Part shown: positions 26,164 through 40,625 of the stretch, piece after piece | Numbering within the stretch: position 1 is the first letter of the stretch | How the letters are laid out: every line of letters starts with the position of its first letter | Assembly (NCBI RefSeq): GCF_018350175.1 | Contig: NC_058373.1 | Coordinates: 115,756,001 to 115,820,000, forward strand | DNA length: 64,000 nucleotides | Origin: Felis catus | Taxonomy: Eukaryota | Direction: 5' to 3' | Notes under the pieces: model-generated | Seen by the model: only the letters and a program-made list of their open reading frames with translations | Databases searched by the model: none | What the model was told of the DNA's origin: nothing | Position numbers and translations under genes: made by a program

Positions 26164-29100
26164 GGGTGCCTGGATGGCTCAGTTGGTTAAGCAGCCCACT
26201 TCGGCTCAGGTCATGATCTCGCAGGTTCGTGGGTTTGAGCCCCGCACTGGGCTCTGTGCTGACAGCTCAGAGTCTGGAACCTGCTTTGGATTCTGTGTCT
26301 CCCTCTCTCTCTTTCTCTGCCCCTCCCCCACTCCTGCTCTCTCAAAAATAAAAAAACAACAACACGAAACCATAGAAGTTTACATTGTAAGTAAGGATTT
26401 TATTTCAGGAACATATCACTATCCATCATATTGATGTTGTTCACTGAATTTTTACTGGTTTTACAGTTTCATTTGTTTCAAATGTTATACATTTAAAAAA
26501 TTTTAGTTGTATAAAATATAAGTTGTTTATATATTTTTATTCATGTGCATATATTGAAGCAGCATTAAAATTTAAGAAGCTAAAATTTAGTCAAGTGCCA
26601 CTTCATTGACAAGACCTTTCTAAAGAATTCTAGTGTGAGTGATTTACTTTTCTGTATCTCCATACTATTTAGTGATCTTAAAGCTCAAAGTGAACTCTGT
26701 CCTATATTACATCACTTTACATTGTACTGTAAATAACTTGGAAAGGCTGTATTGCAAAACTCATCATTATAACTCCTGTTATATCTAAAGAGTACTTTGA
26801 ACAACACTTGAGTAGAATAAATGTTACGTGATCTCCTGAGGTTTGCTCATAGACTGCACCCTGTAAGAGCCCGACTGACCTATTATCAGTATTATACAAT
26901 GCTGAAAGGCCTGGACTCTGACAGCAGCTTTATCTGCCAGTGACTCAGTGTGTAACCTTGGTCCTCACCTGAGCCTCCTTCTGCCAATGGGGAAAAAAGA
27001 CATTGGTAATATCAGGCAAAAAGAAGGTGCTAGACAGGGAACACGCCAATTATACCAATTATGCCTTTCAACTCTCCTAGTTAAGCCTAAAGGTATTCTA
27101 ATATAAAAGGACACTTACTCTAATTACTTAAAAAACCAAAACAAAACCCACGGGGGCGCCTGGGTGGCTCAGTTAGTTAAGCGTCTGACTCTTGATTTTG
27201 GCTCAGGTCATGGTCTCGTGGTTTCGTGGTTTCGAGGCCCACTCTGTGCACTGACTGCATATGGAGCCTGCTTAGGATTCTCCTCTCTCCACCCCTCCTC
27301 TGCTTGTACTCTCTCTGCCTCTCTCAAAATAAATAAATAAATAAACTAAAAAAAAACAAAAACAAAAACAAAACCCAAACAAGAGGCTTTTAGACATTCC
27401 AAGGGAATTTCTTTTTTAAACCATTTCTTATCCTCAAGGTAAAACAGCCCCATAAAACAAATCATGATTCTTTGTCTCATGACAAGGCCACCTCTAATCC
27501 AAAGCCAAACTGGCTTTCCAAAATCTGCCTCCTCTAAGCATTTTTAGATTCTACCTCATACTGACTAACCACCAAGTTCTGTAGATTTTACCCCTAAGTG
27601 TATGTGGAGCTCACTCTTTGTCACCACCCATACTAATAAATGGAGGTTCTCAATATGTGATCCCAGAACCAGCAGCATTAGCATTCACTTGGGAACTTAA
27701 AAGTTAAAAGCAATCCATGCTTTCACAAGCCATCCACGTGATTCTGAGTTTGAGTTAATTCTAATCTAAACTAACTGAAACAAACTTTAGTGGTCTCTAC
27801 ATCCAGCCTACTTACCCTATTTAATACATATGCTGTGCCTACACAGATTTCATCAGTGATTTTCCATTTACCAAAGTAGTGATTTTCAAATATGAGTCTA
27901 TTGACCCATCACAGAAGACAGTGAGGTCAATCCGGTGGGTCAAGAGCAGTATTTAACTTTAAAAAAGTGAAATTAGAAGAAAACATAACAGAATGTATCA
28001 CATATAGAAGAGATATTATTTTCTTAAACTTTGCTTCAATTATGTCTGTATGCATGTGCATGTGTGTGTATTACCTACTATAGGTCATAACGTGAAACGT
28101 TTCAATAGCACTTGCCTACAGTAATGCCTCTCAAAATTTATTCACATTTTTTATTCATACCCCAGGGATCGTGTTATAATGAAGATTTTGATTCCAGTAA
28201 GTCTGGGAGGGTTTCTGAGACTGCATTTCTAATAAGATCGCAAGTAATGGCCAGATGGCCCGTGGATCTCACTTTTAGTACCAAGCTACTCAACCAAGAA
28301 ACCTAGAACATTGCTAAACTTGCTACTTCAGCTTCCTTAACTCATGGCATAGTTTTATTGAACTTGAGATATGGCAGATTTGCAACATGCTAGAAAATTT
28401 TGCTGACTGAATGTTCGGAGAACTGTAATGGTGGTGTTCTAGTTAACATATAGGGAAACATACATGTTTTTCCCCTTTAACTATAGTTGTTAGCAGTCTT
28501 CAAAATGGAGTTTCCTATTTTCTGTCTTAGGAAATTAATAAACTGAGTTAAATTTAGTTTTCTTTGATGATTAACAATTTTGAATAGCCTGGAAAAAATT
28601 TTTTGAATTGCCTCAAGAGCTCTAACTATAGAATAATATCAATATAAATGTATAAAATGTAGAGAAGAAATGGACTCAATTTAATAAGCACTGACTTCTG
28701 ATTATACTCTGGATATTTTAATTTCTTGCCAAGATCCTGAAATGAACTTTCAGTCACCAAATTAAGAATTATATTTGACAAGAACAAGAAATGGAGCTGA
28801 CTAGTGGCCCAATCTGTGTGTACCATTTTGCTATACAAGGGGTTTGGTCAAAATGGAATATTCATTTATTCAATGCAAAACTCAGCCACATCACCTTGAG
28901 CTCCTGAGCTTCATAAAAATGTAGAGTTGGCCAAGGACTGACTATTCTTGACTATCCACCTCCCTTCATTGAGGCAGACACACAAGGAAAATAAACCTAG
29001 GCAGTTTAATTTTTTTTTCAGAAAAATAAAATTTCCCCAGGTTCCCTGGTAACCTATACAAATATTAAATCACCTCACTATCACATGCACAAAATAAACT

Positions 29101-29815
29101 TTGGTGAGGAATCTCCATCTCCAGCCCTCATGTCAACCTCAGCTCTATTCCATCGGTAAGATCTGTTTTTGTTTCATGGTGGTCAGATCCAATAGGGCCT
29201 TAAATTGCATGGTAAGTCATGCAATTACTTAATATTCCTTGAAAAACATGGGCATAATCTGGGGAGAAATGGAAAGACTGAATTGTCAATAACTCCTCAC
29301 AGGAAACCTAGATCCCTTAATGATACTTCTATTAGTTATCCAAAATGAATGTGCTAAGGAAGTGACTCCAAAGCCAGTAATCGGGTACTTAAGTACCTCA
29401 AAGGGATAAAGTGAGTTACAGAGGAGACATAACCATTTAGTGGTTAATGCCTAACAAGTTAACCTAAGGACAGAAAGGGGATAAGATGGTGAGGCAACAG
29501 AAGCTTATTTCTTAAGGAACAGGGTCTAGAAAGAAGAATTTTGGAGCAAACTCCTGGAAGGGAAACTGGAGTCAAATAAGATAGCCCCAGAAAGAACAGA
29601 GAAGGGTGCCTGGGTGGCTCAGTCGGCTAAGTGTCCAACTTCAGCTCAGGTCATGAGTTTGTGAGATCAAGCCCTGTGTCAGGCTCTATGCTGACAGCTC
29701 AGAGCCTGGAGCCTGCTTCGGAGTCTATGTCTCCCTCTCTCTGCCCCTCTCCCGCTCACGTTCTGTCTCTCCTTCTCTCAAAAATTAACATAAAGAAATT
29801 TTAAAAAAGAAAAAA
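26164..29815 (+). mobile_element. Three separate Can-SINEs (about 26164-26360, 27153-27375, 29604-29815)
   Basis: Each has a gg(t/c)gcctgg(g/a)tggctcag head, CT tract and A tail; the span is given for brevity only. Confidence 0.85.
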
Positions 29816-30419
29816 GAATGGAGAGAATATACTGGCCTTGTCCTCCTGTACATGCTTTTTCTCTTTCTCAGCTTTCCTTTATTTCTCTCCATATCTGTCT
29901 TAAAATTTTGCCTTTTCTTTGCTGGGCATTTCCTCCCTCTTTTCTTTGCCATGTCTTAACTGGCCAAAACATAAACTTGAATCATTCTTTGTTATGTGTC
30001 TTACAGATATTTGTTTAATACTTAATATCTTTTATAGATCTTTGTAATATTTCTCATATTTCTTTTACTTTGATAAAGTAAAATCCTCCTTGCTATAAAT
30101 TTTAAAAAGAAGCGAGTTGAGTTTTTTCGACATCTACTTTTTCTTTTCATGGACATTTATCTCCTACCATACCCTTTTAAAAAACTCGAGTGGACCTTCC
30201 AGTAATTTCTTTTCTCTGTGAGGCAATGACCCACATAAGTAAGGCCCCTCATCTCAGCTTATGTCTAATAAATTCTCTCATAATGAGCTTTATGTCCTTT
30301 TTTCCCCTAATTCTATCCCTTATATTCAGTTTTTATATGAAACCATACATAAAATCTATTAATTCACGTGCAACTTTCTGTTTAGGAGAACTAGTCTGAG
30401 CTCCTCATTTACCTCTTAG

Positions 30420-30660
30420 GAAGCAGTACAGTATACTGATTAAGAGTAAGGTCTCCAAATTCAGACAGACCAGTTTTAGCCCTCTGCCACCTACTAGCTG
30501 TGTGACCTTGGGCGAGCGGCTTGACTTCACTAAGAACTCAGCTTCTTTAGCTGCAAAATAGTCATAATAAACGTATCCACCTCGTAGGATTACCACAATA
30601 TCAAACAAATTTAAAGTTCTCAGCATATTGCTCAGCATATGGTGCTCAAAAACTAACCAT
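30420..30660. mobile_element. MIR SINE
   Basis: MIR core ctctgccacctactagctgtgtgaccttgggcgag..cttgacttc..tcagcttc. Confidence 0.7.
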
Positions 30661-31793
30661 TCTCATTCTTCAATAATCTATCTTTTACCAAACTTTTTTG
30701 AATAACATGGTTGTCCTCTTAACCCCTATACTTTTCAAATGTAACCCAGGCCCCAGTTTCCTGGAGACAATGTGGTAAATGGCACTTTAAAATGCATAGT
30801 TTCTAACTACATGCTGTACCTTTAACAACTCACTCTCAAATTTTCCTTAACGTACGATTCAAGCTGATTTCATGTTTTTAGGATATCTTTCTCCAGGGAG
30901 CCATAGGAAATAATTTGCTTGTAAGCTTCTCAGGATCGTTTTGGGATAAAGGTATTTATCACTGTACCTCTCAAATTAATAAACAGGATCTAGCAGCTCA
31001 ATGGACTGAAAAGAGGCAAAACAGTTGGTGAGAAGGACGAAAATAGGATGTTACCATCCATGACACTGTATTTATATTTTGGATCAGCCAACCTTTCTGG
31101 GCTTGCCTGGATTTCTCAACCTGTTCATCTGTTAAATATATATTGAACATTGTGCAAGGATACAAAAAATTTAAAAAGATCCAGTCCCTGCCCTTGAGGA
31201 ACTTCTAGAACATTAAAAAAACAAAAACCAAAACCTAATGCTTACCATGTAGTGTCTTATTACAAAATACATAGCAGAGTGAAATGGGAGCACAGTGGAC
31301 ACATATCCAAATGAGAATGCATTCCAATTTCCAATTCTTAATAACAGGTGAGAAAGGATCTGAGTCTAAAAAGGACACTTTAATTCCTACCTTCCTTTTT
31401 TGTCTCTTTGGAGTAAAGGAAGACACACATTAGTGTTTCAATTAACAAAAGGGAGGTGATAAAGTATAACTGAAGAAAGACAACAATTGTGGGTTTTAAG
31501 TCCTTTTCTCCCATATCGGTCCCTCACCCTCCCTGTTCCCTGTTTTTTGAACTTGGGTAAGTAGCTTCATATTCTGGACTTACAGGCCTTGCTATCAAGT
31601 GAGGTATTATCCTCCTTGCTCCATGGCAGGGCTGGAAAAGGTGACTGATCAAGGTCCCTCCCACCGAATTCTACAATCCAGAAATTTCCAGATCCAAAAA
31701 GGCAGGCAGAAATCTTCCCAAAGAAGGGGCCAAGGGTAAGAACTGGGGTCTAGGGAGCAAGGAACAGCGAAGGAGGCCGAAGCCAGTTCTCAC

Positions 31794-31930
31794 CGAGAGG
31801 ATCTTATCACCCTCCTGGAGCCGCCCATCCAGGGCCGCAGCCCCATTCTCTTTGATGCGGCTGACGTAGATGCCACTGTCGTTGGAGACATACTGCTGAT
31901 CAGTCCCACCGACGATGTTGAAGCCCAGCC
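31794..31930 (-). CDS. SYNJ2BP: SYNJ2BP coding exon 2 (PDZ GLGF loop)
   Basis: ttttctcag|GG...TCG|gtgaga; 137 nt reading (G)[45 protein letters not shown]. Confidence 0.97.
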
Positions 31931-34900
31931 CTGAGAAAATCATGGAGGAGTTGTGAAGGAGAGAGTGGCGAAGAAGAAAGGGATTAGAGAAGAAGAGGAA
32001 AAAGAAAGAGGAAAGGCCTACTGGGGAGGGGAGGCTGGCGAGTCAACTGTGACGTAACTAGTCAATAGACCCAGGCAAGGTCAATGAAAAGTATCATCAA
32101 CAGAGGTCAACAGTACCCAGAGTTGCCCACTTAGACCAAGCTAGACTAAAAATACAAACAGGGTAATCAACATAGTTTGTTGAGTATGAAAAGAAAAATC
32201 TATACTAAACTCAGTGAAAGAATAATGGTGATTCTTGTAAGATGTGCTTCTGTTCACATCTGATTTTGATTCTGCTGGTGGCTTTCAGAGGACCCAATTC
32301 TCGACTTTCTCGATATGAATGTAACAGGGTAAGCAGTGTTCATGAGAAGAAGCCATGCATTTAACTAATTAGCAAATGAGCTATTTTTTTTTAAATACTT
32401 ATTTAAGTAATCTCTACACACAAAGTGGGGCCTGAACTCACAACCCAGAGATAAAGCATTGTGCATGTTGTTCTGACTGAGCCAGCCAGGTGCCCCTGAA
32501 CTATTTTCAATTTAATGGAGGAGAGATTCCTAACCAAACCTTCCCCTTCATACTTCTCTTCTCCCAACCTTGAGGACAATTTGTGTATGGAGGTGTTTTG
32601 GAGGAAATGGTCTTAGGAGTTTCATTTTTTCTTCTACTTAGCATGAAGGGAACTAGGGAGGTAACTGAAGCTTCATGATGGGACCAAATCACCAAATTCA
32701 CTCTTGTTTCCTTTTCTACTTTCAGTGCAAACAACTACATATTCAGGTAGTTTGCCAAGTTTTATCCACTGTAGAGAACGGACTACCCACTGATTAGCAA
32801 CTCTCCATCTTGCCCCTCACCCTCACCCCTGGCAACTACCCTTCGATTCTTTGCTTCTGTGAGTCATTTAAATAGGTATAAAATTTCAGTTATGCAAGAT
32901 GAGTAAGTTCTAGAGATCTGAGGTACAACATGGTGCCTACAGATAATAACAGTGTTACCGTACTCTTAAAAATCAGTTAAGAGAGTAGGTCTCATCTGAC
33001 CACCAAAGTATCATTTCCATGGACCCACCACTCAGCTGTTGGAAGAATTTCACTTTACAAAAACCACTTTTATAAAGGAAAGAAAAGGAAAAGAAAGAAT
33101 ATAAAAGAAAAGGAAAGAACCTCCTGGGGTTTTCTTTATGTCAGATACTGTAGAATTCATAGCCACAGCGAAAAGAGAAAAGGGTTTGGAAACAATGAAA
33201 AAACAAAAGTCTGGTGGCACGATTAGAAGGAATGGCCGTAATCACTAGCTTACTATTGGTTTCAACAGAAAAGATACTTAAGGAGACATACGTGGGCTTT
33301 CTTAAAAATTCTCCCCATTGATAGGATGAAAGCTTCCATGTAAAGCTCACAGTGTTAACACAAGTACTAGCAAATCAATCTGTGAGTGAAAGAAACACAT
33401 GGCCAAAAGGAGAGAAGCAGCAGGAAACATCTCATTTACATAGCATACCTTGTGCACAGAGTCTCTGCAGGTAGAGAATGAAAAGGATTTAAGATACATG
33501 ATAGAAAGCTACTTCTAGAAGATGACTATTTCAACTTCCTTGAAGGGTAGGGTATGAAAACTTAAGTTATTAAATGGTTTTTCTTAGAACACTCTTAATT
33601 TGTTTCATAGTGGGTAGGAGGTACTGGAAAGGGGATGGTGGGTAGTTATAACTATGAGAAAGGGGACGGTGGGTAGTTATGAGAGAAGACAGAAAGGTAG
33701 GTGAAGCCTGATTGTTGAAGGCTTTGAAACCACTTCAAAACTGTGACTGGTTTGAGCAAGGTGGCTGAGGACAACCAGCCTCTCACAATACTAGCACAAA
33801 CTATTTGGAGCAAATCTTTCAAATCTAACATCTTTACTAAACACTATAGATGACTGGGGATTTGGGGAATAGGAAGCATGTGTTAAGCAGCCTAATGCAA
33901 TATAACTGTTAGAAAGAGGAAGGAATTTGCTACTGTTATTCAAAGCTACAGAAGAGTGCCTAAAAAAAGGAGAGTGGGAGAAATCTAATCGAAATTTTCT
34001 ATGAACACGTAAGTACAGTCTACTCTCACCCAGAAGTCACGCTTCAATGGCATGTTTATAAGCGATCGCTATGTCAGTTGTAAATGCACTACGCCATTTA
34101 ACATGAAAACTCTGAGGCTGGCAGGAAGTCTCTTTCTTCATTAAGAGCATTTAGAGAACTGAACTCACCCATAATTCGAAGCATTGCTGAAATAAAATGG
34201 GAGTCACCAAAGCACTGGGCAACAGTACTACCAATTCAAACCTGGGCCCTACATTAATCCCCAAGTCACCTGTTCATTAAAAATTCCCAATCATTTACTA
34301 TGCGTCAGGCACTGTGTTATGTTCTGAGGAAGACATAAAGCTAAACTGGATAGTCCCTGCTTTAACCACAAACAGAAATTTACCCTCTTGCCTGTCCCTT
34401 TTAGATTGTGCAGAGGCTAATCAGAGGCAGAACACCTGGTCATAAATTCAACTCCATAACTTATCACATGTGTGGACTTACTAAGTCAGTGTACCTCTAA
34501 TCCTCGGTTTCCTTTCCTGTAACCTAAGGATTACAAGTTCTGCCCTCTCTACCTCAAAAGGTAATTGCTAGGGTCTAATAACATGAAATCTGAAAAAATC
34601 CTTCATAATCTACAAAGTAGTTACTGTAAGAGCAGTTGTCAATAAACAGTGGTGCCTGCTACAGCCCAAACTGGACAGTTTGATGGAAAAAAGATTAAAA
34701 AGACACAGTACAAATGTGGAAAGTCCTAAAATATAAGAAGACAGATAAAAAGTCCATTCAACTATTAGAACAAGACTGGTTTGGAACTCAAACTTATTGA
34801 AATTAAGTATATCTATGGTGACCCAGACATCCCCATCATGAAGAGTTTCTAGCAAGGGTGGTATTTAAAATACACAACAGTCAGTCCAGCACACGTACCA

Positions 34901-35376
34901 ATCAATTGCAACAGATGTCAGCTAGAAACAACCAGAAGGAGAAGGGCTCTCCCAGTATATATCTGCTGATTACCAACTGTGTCTCAGGAAAATCTTCCAT
35001 AAATAGGGTAGACCACCGATCCTAGTTTGTCTGGGAGTCTTGATGAATACCTGTTATAATTAAAATAGTCCCCTTCAACTTAAAAAGCATCTCATTTTGG
35101 ACCACTGTGATCATCCTATCTATAAAGGATAATGTAAAAATGTTAACTGCAGCATGTTTTGTGGTAGGGTGAAACTGATGGTAATTTAGATGTCTATACT
35201 TTAGGGAACTGATAACTAAAATATAGTTAAAAGTCAGAAGCACTAAGTAATCATATCTAAGGTAACAGGGTTTTAAAATGTAATGTTGGTTATTAATAGC
35301 CCAGTATCTTCTTATAAATTAGAAACCCATGCACACAAAACAGTATTACCTACTTACAAAAATGCATGTATGTATA

Positions 35377-35560
35377 GGGGCACCTGGGTGGCTCAGTTGG
35401 TTAAGCATCTGACTCTCGATTTCAGCTCAGGTCATGATTTCACGGTTCATGAGATCGAGCCTCAAGTCGGACTATGCCCTGACAATGCAAAGCCTTCTTG
35501 GGATTCTCTCTTTCCTTCTCTCTCTCTCTCTCTCAAAATAAATAAACATTTTTTAAAAAA
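35377..35560 (+). mobile_element. Can-SINE (older)
   Basis: ggggcacctgggtggctcagttggttaagc head, CT tract and AATAAA. Confidence 0.85.
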
Positions 35561-36264
35561 CACAAAAGACAAAAGTACATGTATTGTTAAAGACATGTAA
35601 AGACACGTTAGAATGGGTACCTATGGGGGAAAGGGTACAAGATGAAGTTTAGGGATAAAGGACAAAAATCAAACCAGAGAGGGACCTTGCATTTACTGAT
35701 GATGACAATGTGTTATGGACCTAAAGGATACAATTAATTCAGCTCTCAGCATCTATGATCCAAAAGGGGCTGAGGGAGAGGAAAAAAGAAAAAGACTAGG
35801 ACTCAATGGCTTTTTAAAAAGTGAGTGAATGAAGAAGTATTACATAGTGAACTCGGGTTATAATGTGCCAATAATTTTTTTTAAACGTGATAAGATTAAA
35901 ATGCACTGCTTGGTCTCTAATTTGGAAAAGAAGTCTAAATGCAAGAAAGTAAAGATGGCATAAGAATTACACCACCGTAGGACTAGGAGAGAAAGAAAGT
36001 ACATCTTGTATAGGAGCTTTGCAAAGTCAAACAAGAAATGCCTTCTTGTGGACACCCCCCAACCTGTCTCCAAGTCTGGACCTTGGGCTCATTTATGTAC
36101 AGGAGCAGTAATAGTAGAAGCAACAGTTAATATTTACGGAGCATTTAATATGTACCAGCTACCATGCTATGCACTTTGCATACATTATCTCATTTAATCT
36201 TCTCAACAAACAGGTGAAGTGATTATTACATTTTACAGATGAATTTGAAGATGAGGCATGAAGC

Positions 36265-36497
36265 GGGGCGCCTGGGTGGCGCAGTCGGTTAAGCGTCCGA
36301 CTTCAGCCAGGTCACGATCTCGCGGTCCGTGAGTTTGAGCCCTGCGTCAGGCTCTGGGCTGATGGCTCGGAGCCTGGAGCCTGTTTCCGATTCTGTGTCT
36401 CCCTCTCTCTCTGCCCCTCCCCCGTTCATGCTCTGTCTCTCTCTGTCCCAAAAATAAATAAAAACATTGAAAAAAAAATTAAAAAAAAAAAAAAAAA
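36265..36497 (+). mobile_element. Young SINEC_Fc with TSD
   Basis: TSD aagatgaggcatgaag on both sides (about 36248-36263 and 36497-36512). Confidence 0.95.
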
Positions 36498-37089
36498 AGA
36501 TGAGGCATGAAGAGATTAAGTAATTTTACAAAAGGTTAATCTGGATGTTTGATTCCAAAGTGTGAGTTTTAAATCATTTTGCCATACTCTATCGTTGTAG
36601 AAAATAGAAACAACTGCTTTAGGAAAAAAAATCTGCTAAGCAAGGCTGGCTATCTTGGGAGGCAACTTGCCTTTGGGCTGGCTGAACAAGCAATGTTGGA
36701 ATAATGCTTGTAGAACAGTTCCCAACAGTAATATATTCCAGAGGAAGAACTGGTCATTCTGGAGTTCGGTCACTTGAATCACGGTCCCTAGTGCTTACTT
36801 TCAGGCCAAAGAAAGAAAAGCCCTTCATTTATTTTAGATTCTTGTCTTTAAAATTTGTAAGTTATAAGGTAAAAAACAATGTTTAACCATATTGCTCTAG
36901 AAATAATAATTCTGGACATAATGAAAATGAAACAAAATAGTCCATTAACACCAATGATGGTAGCCACTTCTTGAATAAGGAATACCAGATTAACAAAACA
37001 CCCTTATTTCCCTCACTATCAGCATACAGGTTTTTTTTTTTTTTATCCCAAGATAATCTCACTAATTTTCCCTAGATGTCAATCAAACT

Positions 37090-40000
37090 CACTGTTTGTT
37101 TAGTGGTAAAATATATGTAACATAAAATTTAACTTTTTAGCCACTTTTTAAAAATGTTTATTTGTTTTTGAGAGGAAGAGAGAAAGAGAGAAAGAAGCAG
37201 AGAGACAGAATCCCAAGCAGGAAGCAGGCTCCCCACTGTGAGCACAGAGCCCGACCCAAGGTTCGAACTCACAAACCATGAAATCACGACCTGAGCTGAA
37301 ATTGAATGGATGCTTAACCAACTGAGCCACCCAGTGCCTCTAGCCATTAAAAAAATTTTTTTAAATAATATTTTAATGTTTATTTATATTTGAGAGAGAC
37401 AGAGTGTGAACAGGGGAGGGGCAGAGAGAGAGGGAGACAGAATCTGAAGCAGGCTCCAGGCTCTGAGCTGCCAGCACAGAGCCCGATGCAGGGCTCGAGC
37501 CCACAAACTGCAAGATCATGACCTTAGCCAAAGTCGGACACTTAACTGGCTGAGCCACCCAGGCACCCCTAAAAAATTTTTTTAATGTTTATTTATTTTT
37601 GAGAGAAAGACACAGCACGACTGGGGGAGGGGCAGAGACAGGGAGACACAGAATCTGAAGCAGGCTCCAGGCTGTAAGCTGTCTGCACAAAATCCAATGC
37701 ATGGCTTGAACTCACAAACCATGAGATCATAAACTGAGACGAAGTCCAACACTTAACCAACTGAGCCACACACGCGACCTACCACTAGCCACTTTTGAAT
37801 GTATAATTAAGTGGCATTAAGTACATGCACAATGTTGTGCAACCATCACTACTATCCATATCCAGAACTTTCTCATCATACCAAACAAAAATTCTGTACC
37901 CATTAAACAGTAGTTCCTCCCCTTCACCTTGATAACCTCTATTTTACTTTAGGTCTCTAGGAGTTTGCATATTCTGTATACCTCATGTAAGTGGAATCAT
38001 ACAATATTTGTTCTTTTGCGACTTGCTTCTTTTTCATTTAGCATAGTATCTTCCAGGTTCATCCATGTTGTAACATGTATCAGAATTTCATTCTTTTTAA
38101 AGGCTGAATAATATTCCATTGTGTGTGTACATACCATATTTTGTGTATCTACTCATCTCTCAGGGGACATTTGGTTATTTCCACATTTTGGCTACCGTGA
38201 ATAATGCTATGAACATTGGTGTACAAGTATCTATTTGAGTCCCTGCTTTCAATTCCTTTGGGCAATTATCTAGGAACTGAATTGCTGGATCACATAGCAA
38301 TTTTTTAACAATTTGAGGAACTGCTCAAATGTCTCCCACAGTGGCTGCATCATTTAAGGTTCCAACAAGCAATGCGCAGGGTTCAAATTTCTCCATATCC
38401 TTGCCAATACTTACTTTTACTTGTCTTTTAGATAATAGTCATTCTAGGGGATGTGAAGTGGTATATCATTGTGATTTTGATTTGCACTTTCCTAAGGCTG
38501 TGATGTTGAATATCTTTTCATGAGTTTATTGGCCCATATGCATATCTTCTCTGGAGAAATATCTTTCAAGTCTTTTGCTTATTCTGAATTGGTTTTGTTG
38601 TTGTTGAGTTATAAGAGTTCTTTATATACTGGATATTAATCCATTATCAGATATATGACTTGCAAATATCTTCTCTCATTCTGTGTTATCTCTGTGTCTT
38701 CTGATGCACAAAATTTTTAATTCTGGCAAAACCCAATTTATTTTTTTCACTGCCTGTACATTTTGTGTCATAGCCAAAAAACAAAACAAAACAAAACAAA
38801 AAAACAAAAAAAAACCCCACCAAACTCAAAAATGTAAATATTTTCCCTATCTTTTCTTTTAAGAGTTTTATAGTATTTGCTTTGGGGGGGGGGGTAGGGT
38901 GTAGGGGGACAGATAGTCTGCTCACTTGCTTATTTACTTATTTATAAGTTTTTATTTAAATTCCTGTTAGTAAACATACAGTGTAATATTAGTTTCAGGT
39001 GTGCAGTATAGTTATTCAACACTTCCATACAATACCCAGTGCTCATCACAACAAATGTACTTCTTAATCCCCATCACCTACTTAACCCATCCCCTGGCCC
39101 ACCTCCTTTATGGTAACCCTCAGTTTGTTCTGTATAGTTAAGAGTCTGTTTCTTGGTTTGCCTCTCTCTCTTTTCCCTTTGCCCATTTGTTCTGTTTCTT
39201 AAATTTCACATATGAGTGAAATCATGTATTTGTCTTTCTCTGACTTATTTCACTTAGCATAATAGTCTCCAGCTCCATCCATGTTGTAAATGGCAAGATT
39301 TCATTCTTTTTTTATGGCTGAATAATACTCTATTGTGTAACATATATTCCAAATCTTCTTTATCCACTCATCAATCAATGGACAGAGTTAGCTCTTACAT
39401 TTCGGTATCTGATGCACTTTTAATTTTTGTATGAGATGTAAGGCAAGAATCCAACTTCAGTGCTTTGCATTTGCAGATCCAGTATTCCCAACACCATTTA
39501 TTGGAAACTGTCCTTCCACACAACGAATGGTCTTGGCACCCTTTCCAAAATCATTTAACCGTATAGGAGAGGGTTTGTTTCTGGCCCTCCTGTTTTATGC
39601 CACTGCTCTATATATCTGTCCTTATGTCAGGGCCACACTATTTGGAACACTGTAGCTTTGTAGTAAGGCTTGAAATCAGGAAGTTTTGAGTTCCCCAACT
39701 TCGCTTTTTCTTTTCAAGATTGCTCTGGCTATTAGGGGTCCTTTGACATTTCATATGAATTGTAGAGTGTGGTTTTCTATTTCTACAAAAAGGCTGATTA
39801 GATTTTGACAAAGATTGCATTACTATACAGAATGCTTTGATAGTATTGTCTGTCATCTTAACCATATTAAGTCTTCCAGTCCATGAATGTGGAATGTATT
39901 TCTACTTATTCATGTTTTCATTTTTTTTCAGCCAAAATTTGTAGTTTTCAATGTACAAATTATTGGCCCCCTTGGTTAAACTCACAAGTATTTTATTCTT

Positions 40001-40625
40001 TTTGATACTACTGTAAATGGAATTATTTACTTAATTTCCTTTGCAGATTGTTCATTGTTAATGTATAGAAACTAAACTGATTTTGTGTGTTGAGTGTGTA
40101 TCCTGCAACTTTACTGAATTTGTTATAAACCCTAACAGGTATTGTTTGTTTGTAGAACATTTAGAGTTTACTACATGTAAGATCATTTCATCTGTGACTA
40201 GAGACAATTTTACCTCTTTCTTTCCAATTTGTATGCCTTTTCTTTCTTTTTCTTGTCTAGCCATTCTGGTTAGGACTTTTAATACCATATTGAACAAAAG
40301 TGGTGAAAGCACACACCCTTGTCTTTGTTCTTAATCTTAGCTTTCATGCTTACATAAGTGAGTATGTTGTTAGCTGTGGATTCTTCATACATTGCCATCA
40401 TCATGCTGAGGAAGTTTCCTTCAATTCCTAGTTTGCTTTTAACATGGAAAAGTGTTGAATATCCTTAAATGCTTTTTCTGTATCTGCTGAGATGATCATG
40501 TGGGTTTTTTCCTTCATTCTATTAATATGTATTACTTTGAAGGATTTTTCTTTTATTGAATCATCTTTGCATTCATGGAATAAATCCCATTTTGTCATGG
40601 CCTATATTCCTCTTAATATGTTCCT
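37090..40625 (-). mobile_element. Old L1 (3' end and ORF2 part) interrupted by three stacked SINEs (37145-37785) and a younger carnivore L1 3' fragment (about 38940-39385)
   Basis: ORF2 RT remnant in the ORF track ([33 protein letters not shown]); L1 3'UTR motifs (gtaagtggaatcatacaatatttg, ttcatccatgttgta). Confidence 0.85.

Noticed and set aside
33626..33682. About 31-bp two-copy tandem repeat (gaaagggga(t/c)ggtgggtagttat)
   Set aside because: Ordinary intronic slippage duplication with no functional support.
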